Shown here: positions 12,291 through 30,343 of the stretch, in pieces
How the letters are laid out: every line of letters starts with the position of its first letter
Numbering within the stretch: position 1 is the stretch's first letter
NCBI RefSeq assembly: GCF_009914755.1
Contig: NC_060928.1
Origin: the human T2T-CHM13v2.0 reference genome, Homo sapiens
Strand: one strand, 5' to 3'
Length of the DNA: 64,000 nt
Made by a program: the position numbers and the translations under genes
The notes under the pieces: generated by a model
Told to the model about the DNA's origin: nothing
Seen by the model: only the letters and a program-made list of their open reading frames with translations
The model's database searches: none

Positions 12291-13844
12291 ATTTTTATTT
12301 CTTCTGTTCAATATATTTAAATATCTTTATCATATATTTTATATTAGTATATTACTTATGTAATCACTTTACCTTTTACATTCTTTTCCCATCAACTTCT
12401 CATAGTCTAAGATGATAATGTAATTATCCTTTTTGTTCCACCTTGTGACTGTCATCTACCCTCCAGCTATTCTTTCTGCTTTTGGTTTTAAATTATCCAG
12501 ATTTCCAGATTAATAGCCTATTTTATTTTATGATTATTTGTGCCCTTGCAAGCTTTGTCTTTAAAATGACAATAAAAGTGGAAAAACCAATAAGCATTAT
12601 TTACATTGTTTTGATTGAGAAGGAAAATCGTGTCTAGGATTTTATTTCTCCTCCAGTGTCAACTCAAATACCACTTGAACAGAATGTTCATATTGATTAG
12701 GACTAATGAACTATCATTAACTGAATAAATTGTTCAAACGCCAAATTTTAAATTGCTTCATCTTTGAATAGTGCTTTTGCTTTGCTTGGACTTTCTAATT
12801 TCTTTTTCCTTATTGAAAGAGAGAATGTGCCTTTTTGCCATTTCACTAACATGTTCCCCTTCTTACTCTTTTGTATCAACTGCTTGAAATGTCTCATTTT
12901 CTCCTTGGAATCTTGAAACTAAAATTAATTTTTACAAAGTGTGTGCTAAATTACATTCTTCTGAAATTGGGCCCAGGTAACTGAAGCCAGAGAGTAAAGT
13001 TGGGATATATTCTGGGAAATTTTTTACTTGAGGACAGGGGGAAAACATGTTAAAATAAACCATAAGAATGAAGTAAATGTCATTTCAGGCTATACCACCA
13101 AATGGGTGGGACATGATTTTATCGTCTTCTGCCATTCAGAGTGGGTACTGAAGTGTTTTAGGAGATTTGCTGAGATGCTTTTCAGTTTTTGGGAAGATTT
13201 GAGGGATTGGATTTTGTTAACCTTGCATCATATAGGATGGAATACTGTAGCCCCTGGAAGCTCTCCTTTTCGAGTTTGAATTGATGTTTAACTCTACTAA
13301 TTGAGAAGAATTCTCAATTATTGAGGAAGCTACAAGGTGTTCAACAGATTAACACCTATTATATGGACAGATCTTCTTTGTGCAAGTAAATCAAGGACCA
13401 AACTTCTAGATGCTTACTAGAGAGTTTAATGGCTGTAGGCCATGTTTTCCTGAAATAGTGATTGGCCTGGGCATTGTAAATAGTGCACACCTGGAATTGT
13501 GAAATGAGGAAATAAGGTTTCCTGCATTTTCAAGTGAACTAGTTTCTGGCCTGATTTACAAGTGCAATAATATTTCTTATACAAAACACCTTGTTTTCCC
13601 TCATTTTAGAAAATGATTGCTAACTGATAAGTATGTGTCATTGTCATATGTAGTTTAAGATGAGTCACTCAGTTTGATGGGTTTAGAAGAGTTTAGATTC
13701 AGACTTACCTGAGAACTGAGGAAATATTTTTTTGGAATTCGTTATTTCCCAAAAGGAAAGCTAAATTTTGCATATAAGAAGACACTGCTACATAGTATTT
13801 ACTCTTCTACAAGTGGCATAGTCATCTTAGAAAACAACAGAAGT

Positions 13845-14325
13845 AACTTTATTGAGGTGTAATTTACAAGCTATTTTAAGTATACAGTTTAATTTTTAGT
13901 AACTTTACTGAGTTGTGCAACCATTACTACAATCCAGCTTTAGAACATTTTCATCTAGATGGAACTACCTGTTTACAGTTAATCCCATTTTCATTCCCAG
14001 CCCCAGGTAACTATTAATCCTCAATAATTTTGCCTATTCTGGACATTTTATATAAGTGCAATCATACAATATGTTAATTTTTGTGACTGGCTTCTTAGGA
14101 TAAAGTTTTCAAGATTCATCCATATTACAGCATGTATCAGTTTTTCAGTCCTTTTTATTGCTAAATAATATTCCATTGCATAGATGTGCCATCTTGTACT
14201 ATTCATCAGTTAATGGACATTTAGGTAGTATCCACTTTTTTGTTTTTATGAGCAATGTTCCACATATGTTTTTATTTCTTTTGGGCAGATGTTTAGGAGA
14301 GGAATTGCTTGCCTCTAAGGTAGGT
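13845..14325 (-). mobile_element. Old L1M (MB/ME-type) 3'UTR fragment
   Basis: tttattgaggtgtaatttaca...ttgcctattctggacattttatataagtgcaatcatacaatatg motifs. Confidence 0.7.
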
Positions 14326-14833
14326 TTCTGTTTGGAGTCATCTTTATTTTAAGCTCACAAGCCATTGTGCCTGGGGTCACTTTTGTTTATTTGCATGTAC
14401 TTTTTCTCTGTCTTTAGCCCTGAACTCCCTGCTGAGGCTGAGAGTTGGAGGAGAATGAATTAATATTAATAATTATTTTGTGCCTTCAGTATAGTGGACA
14501 CTAGTCCAGGCATTTGGCATTATATCATTTTAGGTGCTAAACTTGGTCCAGGTGGTAGATAAGATGAACACTGAGTTGAATTGCTGGGGATAACATTGTC
14601 TTTGTAGGGATACTAATTTTATACTGTCTTGATGTGGGAAAGAACCATTTTTCTTTCTGGAGGCCTTCCATTATAACAGTACTTTTCTTCTGAAGCCATA
14701 CTAGTCAGCCTACTTTAGGAAGAAGAGAATTTCAGTTCCAGTTTCTCCTGTTTTGCAGAAGCTGGGGAACCATTATTTCAAAATCTGAGTCATGTTTTCT
14801 ATGCTCTGTAAGGTATTCATATCAGTAGCCTAA

Positions 14834-16176
<1,343 letters not shown>

Positions 16177-16343
16177 TCACATATTGCATTAGGTTTTGTT
16201 TCTTGAGTCTTAATCCAGAGCAGCATTTACTCTATTTACTTGTGGGGTGGGAGCATTTACTAGTTAAGGAAACAGTTGCATGTATGTCCTACTTCTTGGA
16301 TTTGTTTGTTTCCTATTAATGCGTTTAACTTGTTTCAATATAG

Positions 16344-16541
16344 CAGTAGTTCTCAACGGAGGACAATTTTGTCTCCCTCTCTTCCAGGGGACATTTGACA
16401 ATGTCTAGAGAGATTTTTAGTCATCACAATCTAGTGAGTAGAGGCCAGGGATGTTATTAAACATCTACAATGCACAGAACAGCCCCCACCACAAATAATT
16501 TCCTGGTTTCTAATGTCAATAGTGCTGAGATTGAGAAACTG
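16344..16541. mobile_element. MER20 (hAT-Charlie non-autonomous element)
   Basis: TIR-like ends cagtagttctcaa / ttgagaaactg; internal ggggacatttgacaatgtctagaga and gtagaggccagggatg. Confidence 0.8.
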
Positions 16542-19500
16542 TCAGCCTATCCCATGTATTTCCTGAAGAATGGAAGTTAGCACTAAAAGCTTGGTTAGAG
16601 TCAAGATAACTCTTTTTGCTTAAAATAGTTAAATTGCCCAGGAGTGCCGGTATTCTGTTTTGATCTGGGTGTTGGTTACAAGAGTATATCATTTTGTGAA
16701 AATTTATATGTGAGCTCTACACTTTAAAAAATGTGTGTTATTTTTAATTTTAAAAGTTTACATTAAAAAAAGAAACCTCTTTATTGTGTTGGGTCCCTTC
16801 CTCTTTTTGTCTGCTACTTCACACTTCTTAAATAGTTGAATAAATCTTTAAAGCCTCACTCCCTTTTAAAGTTCCTTAATACTCTTTTTTTTTTTTTTTT
16901 TCCCAATGTGAGAGACTGGTAGAGATGGGGGAAAAAATGGGTGCCTTTTGAACTCATTGTTGGGATGGTTGAGTGTCTGTTAGGGAAGTCAGAGTGCTGG
17001 TACTTTCCTTGCTCTGCAGAAAATTGCAGAGTTGCCCTAAGGGAGGGACACCTAAACGATAAGTAACGTTAGGCCACTTGGGTTTTGTGTAAAGCTGAAA
17101 GGAGAAAGTCATTCCAGATGGGATGGTTTGAAAGCAGAGGTTGGCTTTCATGAGCTGTGGAATTTGGGAAAGGGGCATTCTGGGCTGAAAGAACCAGGGA
17201 AGGTAAGGAATGCATTAGGGGTGTGCTGGGAACCTTTTCTTGAGCGATGTCTTAAAGCCAGCTTCTCTTCTCTGTCTCTGATAAATAATTGGAAGGAAAG
17301 GCAATGAATTTTTTTCTGACAGTTGGTTCTAACTGGGGGCCAGGGCCTCGTTTGCAAATGAAAGGACTGCTGTTGGAGTAGTTGAAATCACAATGGGCCC
17401 TGACTCTTTTCACATCAAAGTGTAAAAGAATCTCCAGGGGTGATAAATGGGGGCTGCTGGACTCATTACTTGTAAACAAAGCTGAGGGATGACCTCTACA
17501 TTTTTTTTTAATTAAAGGAAAACAGGGTTTCCTAGTGGTGAGCATGGGGCTGCTCTTCGTTTGAATTTTGACTGTTCACACTGGAAAAGATCTTTTTTTA
17601 AGGTTACAAGGGAGCTGCCGCTGTTACCCAGGATTTACCCTGAATCTCAAACACTACTGGAAAAATGCTGTGCCTAGGACGGCCCAGCAGGTATCCTGCA
17701 TGTGTTGAGAATTGAAGTGCAGTGGGTTCCGCTGCGTTGTTACAGTAAAGTGGAACAGGGCAGAATTTCTGAGTGCTGCTCCTCTCAGGAGACTGAGGGC
17801 TCCTTTACTCCTTTTCCCACCCGACATCAGGAGGAAAACTCCTTTATTCCTGTGCAGTGTAGAAAAAGGTCCGTTTTTAAGTAAATTCTTAGCTCTTTGT
17901 AAAAGAAGTCCAAAGGCAGTGGTTTTAGAGTTTAAAGATAGTATTTCTTTATATTTGTGTAGTTACAAGGCTTTGAGTATGATCAAAACGTTTAACCAAA
18001 ACTAAAGTATGTGCATACTTTATGGTGTTGAAAGCAATGCTACTAAAAATAGTACAACATTTTATGGGATTAAGATTGCAAATTGCTGCCTAAATTCAGC
18101 TTGCAGTTAAGGCCTACCTTCAGTAAACTCTCGTTGTGTAGTCAGCTCCCCACCAAGCTTATCTCTTGCTGTTTTTCCACTTGGCTCCTCTGTTGCAGTC
18201 AGTCCAAGCCCTACCAGATTTTAAACAACTGGAGGTCAGAGACTGCCCTTTGTAACCTGAGTGGAACTGGTAAGGCACTGGGCACCCAAGAATTCTAATG
18301 TGTTTACTGACTTTCCACATGTTTAGTAATCACCTTCTGAGCCTATCTTCCAAGCAAGTTGTAAGACTTGAGAAAGGAGCAGAGGTCACAGCTGGCAAGG
18401 AGCACAGCATCCCTGGATGGTTGACAGAGACAAGCTATCCTCCAGATGAAATATTTCCAACTACAGATGAGAGTATTGAAGGCCTTCCATTCCCCTTTGA
18501 TATCAGAATGGTGAGAATGTGGGAGACACCACCAGTTAACCCTGCCTTCATGAGTACAGATACCCATGAAAATATTTAATAAGCGCAGTGACCAGACGAG
18601 ACCTGTGCTAAGTATTTGATAGGCATGCTTTCAATCTCGTAACTCCCTATGAGGTTATGTTTTACAGATGAAAAAGGGAAAAGGAAGATACTCATCAGTG
18701 GCTAGCTTCCTTCCATCACCGAACCCTCAAGTCCCTGTTCCCTTTTTGTCTTTGTAGAAGCTGGTGGCAGGGATATACTTTCTGAGCTCTGGTTTAAAAC
18801 TCTGAGTTTTGGGCCACAGATCCCCTCTAGCTGACTCTTCTTTTTTGACATGAATGAGATAAAAAGTTGTTCCTGGGAGATAGTTTCAGCATGGCTACAG
18901 TAGTCAGAGAAACGTGCATCTTTTCCAGTGAAGGAACAAAGCTGATTTCTTTGCACTGGGGCATAGTGGGGGTGTGGGAAGGGGGGGCTGAGTGATGGGA
19001 ATAGGGGTCACTACTGAGTCATATGGCAGGAAAAAGATGAAAAGATTAGTTACCCAAAAAAAAAAAAATTAAGGAATGGAGGTGGTTCCCATCCTAAATT
19101 AGAATCTCCCCAGTTTGCGTTTCAGAGCCCTTTTCATCGCCGTGGTGAGATGATGTGTGCTCTCTCAGAGCACTTTGTGGTCTGTTACAGCATTGCACAG
19201 ATGTCAGGTGGCTGCCCTGTTAATAAATCAACCTCTCAACGGTTAGAAGTTGTAGCAGTTCTCGTTTTAGATTATCTTTCTACATCCGGCAGAGGCTTAC
19301 TGTCCCCCGCAGAGCACTTGGTAAACGAGATATGAAATTGTCCTTTAAGAATGGAGGTTTAATTTTCCAGTAGGACAGAGTATTCAATAAATGAGAGTGG
19401 AGACTATATTTTATTTGTCTAAAATATATGTTTTTTAAAATGTGTTCCTCAATAGCTGGTAAAGGACAAAGCCAGGGAGTTGAGAGCAAAGGGTATGCAC

Positions 19501-19649
19501 GAGCTGAGATAGCAGGATATTTGGAAAAGTTATTGTTTCTTTTTTTTTTTTTTTTTTCCTGTCTCATGTCCTCAACCTGGAGTAGTGACTCTGGTGAGTA
19601 GAACACTTCTTACAGGCTCACTGGGACCCTGCCACTAAATTTTCACCTG

Positions 19650-19865
19650 GAGAGGCAGCCTAATTAAGAGAGAGTTTGCTTTGAAATCAGTTAGATCTGG
19701 GTTTGAATTGTATCCCCATGAGACAGGTAATGCTGGGCAATTTTCTTAACCTCTCCAAACTCTAGTTCTTTCATTTGTAAAATAAGGATAATAATGACTA
19801 AATATATACATTTATTTAAAGCCCATGGAGTGCTTGGTACTCAATAGACATTTAATAAATATTAA
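19650..19865 (+). mobile_element. MIR
   Basis: ctgggcaattttcttaacctctc...tcatttgtaaaataaggataataat core. Confidence 0.7.
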
Positions 19866-20226
19866 TTTTCTTCCCTTTCTGTTGACTTGCCTTTGATAAT
19901 TTCAGCATTTAGGGTGTGGAGAATTTGAACTTCATGATGTTCATAGAACACCTGAGGTTTAAAAGTTTGGGTTCCATTGGGCAATATAGGGAAAGCAGCC
20001 TTCCCATGCTCTGAGACCCAACTCTGAAGCATTGTCTGGGACCAGCGCCTGGCACTGTATGTGAACTGTATAATCACGTGTTCCTGCCAACTGTGGGTTC
20101 AAGTGATGATGAGTCTGATTTTTGTTACTCTGGAACTTACATTATTAAGAGTTTGGGTAATTTGAAATGGTAGGTGACACTATGAATTAATTTCTCAATA
20201 AAATTCTCATTTCATATTTACTACTA

Positions 20227-20581
<355 letters not shown>

Positions 20582-21179
20582 GCATAGATAACTATGTGTA
20601 AAGAAACTAGGTATTCATTTAATAATACTTTTTATCCTTTTAGGTTAAGTAAATAGAAATCATATATTTCCTTCAGGTTAGTTTGATCTTGAATGGAAGT
20701 TCTCTGTTCTTAATCCAATATTCATTCATTCATCAAAGACTTTGTGGAGAGCCTTTGATGTCAAAAGTGTCAACTAGGAACTAGGGAGAGGGGATGGGAA
20801 GAAAAACTGGTACCATGGGGGAGGGAAGGAACTGGGATGGAGGTAGATTAGTCCACAGGGAGTTCACATTAGCGCTTGCGTTCACGTTACTATGTGTAGG
20901 TTACTATGTGCATCTACTCTTTTTCATCCAATGCTTTAAACTTTTTAAAAAGCTTATTCCTAGTCCAGTATTGTATTTTAACCTTATAAAGATCTTATAG
21001 GGTAGGTCAGGCAGATAGTTCCATTTGAAGTTTAAAGGGGTTAAGTGGTTTGCCAATGATCTCAGGGTTAATAATGAAACTGTTTTCTCAACCTGGAATG
21101 AGTTTTCTCTCCCTTTCCCAGCTCCTCAGTCTATTGATATCTTAGTCATCCTTTAAGGTTCAGCTGAAATACCACCTTT

Positions 21180-22124
<945 letters not shown>

Positions 22125-22907
22125 TGTTATATACATCCTTCTCGTTATTCCTCTATCATAGCTTACTATTTTTAAATATTAAATTTCTGTTTGCATTATT
22201 GTATGGTTTCTCTCTCCTGATTAGACACAGACTAATAAAACATTTAGTAATTATTTTCCTCCATCTCATATATCCGTCTGAGTCGTAAACATCTTTTATA
22301 CCAAAGACCTATTTAATCCTTCAGCACTATCTCTGTGTTTTGCAAATAACCAGCAATTAATAAGTGATTTGAGTTTGCCGCTATTGGAGTTATTGTTGCT
22401 GTCATAGAGAGATGGAGGAGTGCTGATGTGGAGGGTGGTTATAATGGGTATTTATTTGACCTTTCTTAGAAAAACAACCCAAAGTTCTTACTCTGTTACT
22501 AATGGGTTAACTTAGTGTTGCTGTGAAAGTCTGTAACTGTTAAGACAATTACGCATTGTTGACTCAACTGTTGAAAACTACATTTTAAGGCATCTATATA
22601 AAGTCTTCAGAATTATGTAAACAGTGATTTACTGCTACCTATTTGTCTTCATTGACCTTTTAAAAACAAATTCCTTGCACAGGCAAGCCTTAGAGCCAAT
22701 GGTGCCTACAGGTTACCTGTATTTCACTTTTCGGCTAATTTGTCAATGTTTTCTCACAGCAGTGTTTTTGTCTGTTTTAACCAGGGTGTTTGGTTTGGAT
22801 TAATGTTCAGTTTCTACACACACTTGCTAAGCCTCTTCTCTTATCCACCTATTAGCAAAAGGGAAGTGAAGGGTATAGCCTGTAGAGGGAATTCCCCCTC
22901 TTCATTT

Positions 22908-23124
22908 TGCATTCTAAGTCTATATCTAGGAAAGCATTGTAGCCAAAAAACCCAGGAGTATTGTCTGTATTTTGAAGATATTTGCTCCAAGATGGCTCAC
23001 AGAAAAAAAATAATTGATAGTATCATTATTAGGCTAATGGGCATTTTTGACTCCTTAAGAGTTACTTGGCTCAGTCAGTCTGCTGGTTGAGGCTTTGGAT
23101 TTGCTGATTGCAGCCCATGGGTAT
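22908..23124 (+). repeat. Copy 1 of ~200-bp local direct duplication
   Basis: Shares tattttgaagatatttgctccaagatggctcacag and taggctaatgggcatttttgactccttaagagttacttggctcagtc with 23891-24099. Confidence 0.92.
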
Positions 23125-23890
23125 TTGCATACGCCTTCCCTTCTCCCAAGGCCTTTCTCCCCCATCAGTGCTTGTCATTGCTGAATTCATTGCACCCCTG
23201 TCCCTCACACCCACTCACATGACCTTCTCATACTAATGCCTTTTCACACTTGAGCAAGGTTTCTCCTTAATGAAGACAAGATGCATTAAACTTCCCAATT
23301 CAGAAAATTGGAGGGTAATGATATGTATGAAATAAAGTAGTTTCTTTTTAAGAGAACTCAGAGCTGTCATCCATTGATTCAGGGAATGAATGTGGTTTTT
23401 GGTGTGCTGTATTCTCCCCTCTTCCCCAGGGTGGTAGTTAGTTTCTTTTTTCTTTCCTTTTTTTTTTTTTTTAAGTTCTGGGATACGTGCAAGGTGGTAG
23501 TTTCTACAGTGAGATAGTGACTTGATAATCTGAGAAATATGCATCTTACCCACACACATACCCACACCCTAAATGGAGGTACTACAGTATATTTTGCACT
23601 TCAGTAAATGCTCAGCACCTACTGTGTGCAGAGTGATATATATTGAATTTTGTGTGCGGTGCTGTCAATCCTTCCTCTTCTCTGATTTCTGAGACACAAT
23701 CTGGCTCCTGTGCCTTGTGATTCTGATGAGGCCCTCTCAATTTCTCACCAAACTTCCTTTTGTCTTGCTTGATAAAAGTTGGCATTCCTCAAATCTCTAT
23801 CTCTGACTTGCTTTCTTTTTATACTATGGATTTTCTCTGTATAATCTTTCATAGTGACTTCACCATCCCCCAGTGGGTGATTCCAACATC

Positions 23891-24099
23891 TGCATTTTCA
23901 AGCCAGGAAAGCACTGTAGCTCCCCCAAAAGCAGAAATATTGTGTATATTTTGAAGATATTTGCTCCAAGATGGCTCACAGGAAAAAAAAAAAATCATAG
24001 TATTACTAGGCTAATGGGCATTTTTGACTCCTTAAGAGTTACTTGGCTCAGTCTGCTGGTTGAGCCTTTAGGATTTGTTGATTGTAGCGTGTGGGCATC
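23891..24099 (+). repeat. Copy 2 of ~200-bp local direct duplication
   Basis: As above; both ORF translations contain RLMGIFDSLRVTWLS. Confidence 0.92.
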
Positions 24100-24559
24100 T
24101 TCCTCTACTTCTCCAGAGGTAAGCCATTATCCCCCATTCTAATTTAATCATTCCTCCTCTTCTGTTCCATAATAATTAGGAGAGACTTCCTTATATGGGG
24201 AAGTTTCCCATACATTCCTTTTGCTTCTCTAGTTAAAAACTTCCAGGGCACCATATCTCCTACACTTTAGAGTTTGATTCCCTTAGTGTGGCGTTCAAGC
24301 CCTTTATCCCCTGGGCCTCAGCTTGTTTTTCAAGTCTCATCTCCCATCACTACTGTCCTTCTACCAACCTTGGTGCCTTGCTTTATAGAAGATCTCTCAA
24401 TTCCATATACAGGCTTTTGTCATTCAAGTACTGTGCCTTGGCATATACTATTCCTTCCTCCCATCCCTGCTTCATCAGTCCATCCCTTTGTCTGTCAGTG
24501 CTATCAGGGAAATACAGGGTTTTACAGGAACATGTAGGAGTAGTACCTCAGCATAGATT

Positions 24560-25515
24560 TGAGGACTAATCAGAGAAGACTTCTTGGAAGAGGCAGTTAG
24601 GCAGAACACTGATGTATGTTTAGAGTTGAAAAAATTGGGTGGAGGAGTGGATAAAAGAGAGATGTGTGTTCCAGATAAAGGAACCATACTTGTGAAGACT
24701 TGGGCGAAAAGAAAAAACAAAACAGAAGTAAACCGTAGGGCCCTTTTGAGGAACTGAATGAAGTTCACTGTAGCTGGAGCAGAGAGCACCAGGTCAGGAA
24801 GTGATCTGGTGAGCCATGCTAAGAAATTTGACCATGTATTTAGGGTAATGGGAAGCCATCAAACTATTTTAAATATGTTAGTGGTTTAATATGATTTTAA
24901 AAGGTCGCTTGTCAAATGGAGAATGGAGTTTAGTGGGACATGGGCAGGAGCAGAAGCAAAGCAACCCATTGTGGGGATATGAAGTAAGTAGTGCATGGGA
25001 GAGCTGAAGAGAATCCAGTGGGCTCTGGATGATTTTTTTTTTTTTGTAAACAATGAGAAAAGATAGGTAGGTTGGATGCATGAAACAGAAGACTCAAGAA
25101 CAATTCTTAATCATTGGTTTTGTCACTGGGAGATGCTGAAAGATGGGAAAGACTGAGAGTGGTACAAATTCCTTTTTGAGTAGTCCAGGTTTGAAATGCC
25201 TGTGAAAATCCTGGCAAGTGGAGATGTTAAGTGGGCAATTGGTTCTCTAAGTCTAGAGTTCATTGGGGAAGGTCTGGGCTTAAGACACAATTTATTCAGT
25301 AGAAAATGAATCACAGTTGTGCATGAGATTTCCCAACAGATGAGAGTGCTCAGGAACTTGAACTACGTAGCAACTTAGTGGGAACTAAGTAGCAGAGAAG
25401 GCTTATTAAGGAGGTTGAGATGGAGCTGATAAAGAAGCTGACAAAACCCAGGAGAGTGCTCTCTTGGCCAAGGGAAGAGCAGGTGGGGAGAAGAGGTTCA
25501 GAACATCAAATGCTG
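24560..25515 (-). mobile_element. Degraded L2 LINE
   Basis: Purine-rich L2-type motifs (ggtaatgggaagccatc, tttgaaatgcctgtga, tcaaatgctg). Confidence 0.6.
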
Positions 25516-26588
25516 TTAAACTGTGGATTCAGTCACCTCTTCCGTGAAACCTCCTCTCTTACCCTCAGGCAGTAATGGTCTCCCATTTCTCAAAGATACA
25601 ACCTTTTATTATGGCATTTAAATTGTTTTTGTTTTTATCTTCCTTACAAGATTCTGTCATTGGACAGCTGATTATTAGCTAGCAGACACAGTAGAAATTC
25701 AATCAATTAATACATTAAATAATTTATAGAAGAATGATTATTGGCCTCTGCCACCAAGAAATGGTTATGTCTTCTTAGTGATTTGCCTGCTTTTTGTCTC
25801 CCTGGATTTAGGATGTAGTTTTGAAAATAACATTGACGTTCCTTCATAGACGTTCGTACAGTTTTCAGTATTCACAATGGCAGAAGTATGATATTTCGAC
25901 TGTGCCCTATTTTTATGCTGGGCAAGGACCTCAAGAACAAAACTCCTGTGACCTTACATAGGGGTCTTACACTGAAGGAGTATGGGAAATAGCAACTCTT
26001 GTAAAAATAAGCTGGTCAGTGGGTGGTAGGTAAGCTGAGGGAAAAGATTTATGAGCAACATCCTGTTCTGGGATCACTGCTGGGGACGGAAGAGGGGGAG
26101 AAACTGCTATATAAATCACGAAGGCAGCTCAGGAAATAAAGTCTGCCATTGGAGGGTCTCAGGGGGACCCTTCTTGGATATCTTTTGCATAACACATGGG
26201 TGAAGGAGAATCAACAGGTGTCACTTTTCTCAGCCCATGTGGGGGGTTGGTGCTGGGTTGGGATAATTCATCTTTCATAAGGGAAAAAAGGAGCAGAAGA
26301 TGACAGAGTGAGATGGCACAGTGGGCCCCAGAGTCATCTCTAGTTTTGTAATTGCTTGCTGGATTGTGAAGAAAAAAGGAGAGAGAAGGGGCCATTTTGT
26401 AGGAGCAGAAGATTGTGTTCATTGGTCTTAGGTCTCACGTGGTAGCCTCTCCACGGAGCGCCTCCTTGTTCCTTCAGGAATCTGCATCAGCTTCTGCTCA
26501 GTTCAGGATGTGTAGGTGACATCCTGTCTTGACCAGAGGGTGCATTTGGCTTGAGACTTTTTTTCTTTTCAAATGAAAGACAGTTGAG

Positions 26589-26941
<353 letters not shown>

Positions 26942-26992
26942 CTACAAAATAGAAATGAAATAGTTGTTAAAAAAAAAAAAAAGGGTAAGATA

Positions 26993-27383
<391 letters not shown>

Positions 27384-27869
27384 CTAGAGCTATATCTACC
27401 TAGATAAACACATTCATAGAACAGGTCTGAAAGGGGGTGCACCAACTCCAGCAACATGAATCTTTTGGGGGAATATAATTATTTAGTTTTTTTAATGTTA
27501 TAACTTTTAAAAAATTATACGTGGAAGGGTAATATTTGTTGTTTGTTCTTTTCCCATAATGTGCATATATCAATTTTATAGTTTAAGATATTAAAGTGGG
27601 CCAGGCATAGTGGCTCACACTTGTAATCCCAGCACTTTGGGAAGCCAAGGCAGCAGGATTGCTTGAGGTGAAGAGTTCCAGACCAGCGTGGGTAACATGG
27701 CAAGGCAAGACCTCGTCTCTACAACAACAACAACAAAGATACTAAAGTGGAAACACTTCCTAGAATGTTATTTGAAAAAATGAAGGAATGAGTCCCCATC
27801 CTGCTACCTCCTTAAGAAGATAAAAATGTTGCTCCTTTACTTAAGGGTACATATTTTTATTTTTAGTTA

Positions 27870-28460
27870 AAAATATTTGGAGCGCTTGTTGCATTCTAGG
27901 TATTGTTCTATGTAGGGAGGATGCAGTAGCAAAACAAGACAAAGGAGATCCTGCTTTCCTGGAGTTTCCATCCTAGTGTGTATGGGTAAACATGTATTAT
28001 AGATGAAAAATAAACATGAATCATATCAGGGTTATAAAGCAGGTTTGGTGAGGGTAAAGAGTGTCAGCTGGATGAAGGAAAGGTGTTCTGTTTTATATCT
28101 AGTCATCAGGAAAGGTGCTGCTGCTAAGGTTATGTTCGAGCAGAGACCTGAGGAAGTTTGCCAGATAGAACTGGAGCTGGGGGTGGAGGGAACTTTGCAG
28201 GCGAGGGGGAGCTTGTGCATAGGCCCTGAGGCAGTGTGTGCTTTGTATTTTTGTGGAACAGCAAGGTAGCCAGTGAGGCTGGAGCAGAATGTTGAGGAGG
28301 GTGTTTGGGATGAGGCTTGGGAGCTGGCAGGAGGCCAGATTGTGGAGGGCCTTGTCGGCCGTTGGAAAGTTGTTGGAGTGAGAGAGAAAGCCATTTGAGG
28401 GTTCCATCAGAGGAGTAGCACTCTTCAAATGCCCTTTAACAGGATCACTTGGGAAGCTTT
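27870..28460 (-). mobile_element. L2 fragment
   Basis: gagcagagacctga, ggaacagcaaggtagccagtgaggctggagcag, taacaggatcact motifs. Confidence 0.65.
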
Positions 28461-29234
28461 GTGGGGTTTACACTGCGGTGAGCATGGGAAAAGCACATTA
28501 GGGGAAACTATCCTTGCAGTGGATGGGGATTATCTTTCCCTCCCATTTCACTAATGGAGAAAGTCAAATGTTTGGCACAGGGACATAAAACACTGTAAGC
28601 AGGGACCAGGTCCTGAGTTTTCCCAGTGGCAACTTCGGTGCTCTGTTTTTCAGAGGAAGCTATCTGGGAATTTCCGTTTCCTAGCATGCATTATAACATG
28701 TTATTTTTAATAGCTAGGTCTCTGATCAGTTATTGTGACTGATCTCAGTCTTCTTGCATGAAGATGATGCCTCTGATTTATGATATTTTCTAGAATTCTG
28801 AGTCAGTATGAGTTAGTGTCACTTCTTCCATAACAAGGTGGGAATGCACCCATACATTTGGTCCTTGTGTTGCTAGCAGATATGAATTAAGCAGTAGTTC
28901 AGCTTACCTTGGAACCAGCTGTTCCTTGCAGATGCACTGATATTAAGGGTACACATGTCTATTATAAGGCTGGTAAATTAGAGTTTGCTTTATCAGAAGC
29001 TTATCAAAGGTCTGCTGTGTGCAAAGCACTATGCTGCATTCTTTTAGAGCTATTAGATAAATAGCAATACTCTATCTTTAAGGAGCTTACAGTCTATTGG
29101 ACACTATGGGCAAAAACACTAATGTTAGAGTTGCAAGATGATGTGGAAGTACAAAGGAGGTAGAGATGAATTATGAGTGGACAGTATGGGAAAGCCTTCC
29201 TGAATGAGACAGCAGGTATTTCAACTGGGTGTTA

Positions 29235-29555
<321 letters not shown>

Positions 29556-29739
29556 GAAGAGCAGAAAAGCAGGCATTTTATGCTTAAGGGAGAGCCAGAG
29601 AAGTGACATGGAAGGAAAATGGGTCTGTTACATTTTCTTCCATTACCAGAATGGTCTGTTATAGCTGAGGTTAAAGTATTTTTAAGAGAAAAGAAAGAGG
29701 AAGGCAGTGGGAAAAGTAGATGGAACCATTCCATCTAAG

Positions 29740-30343
<604 letters not shown>

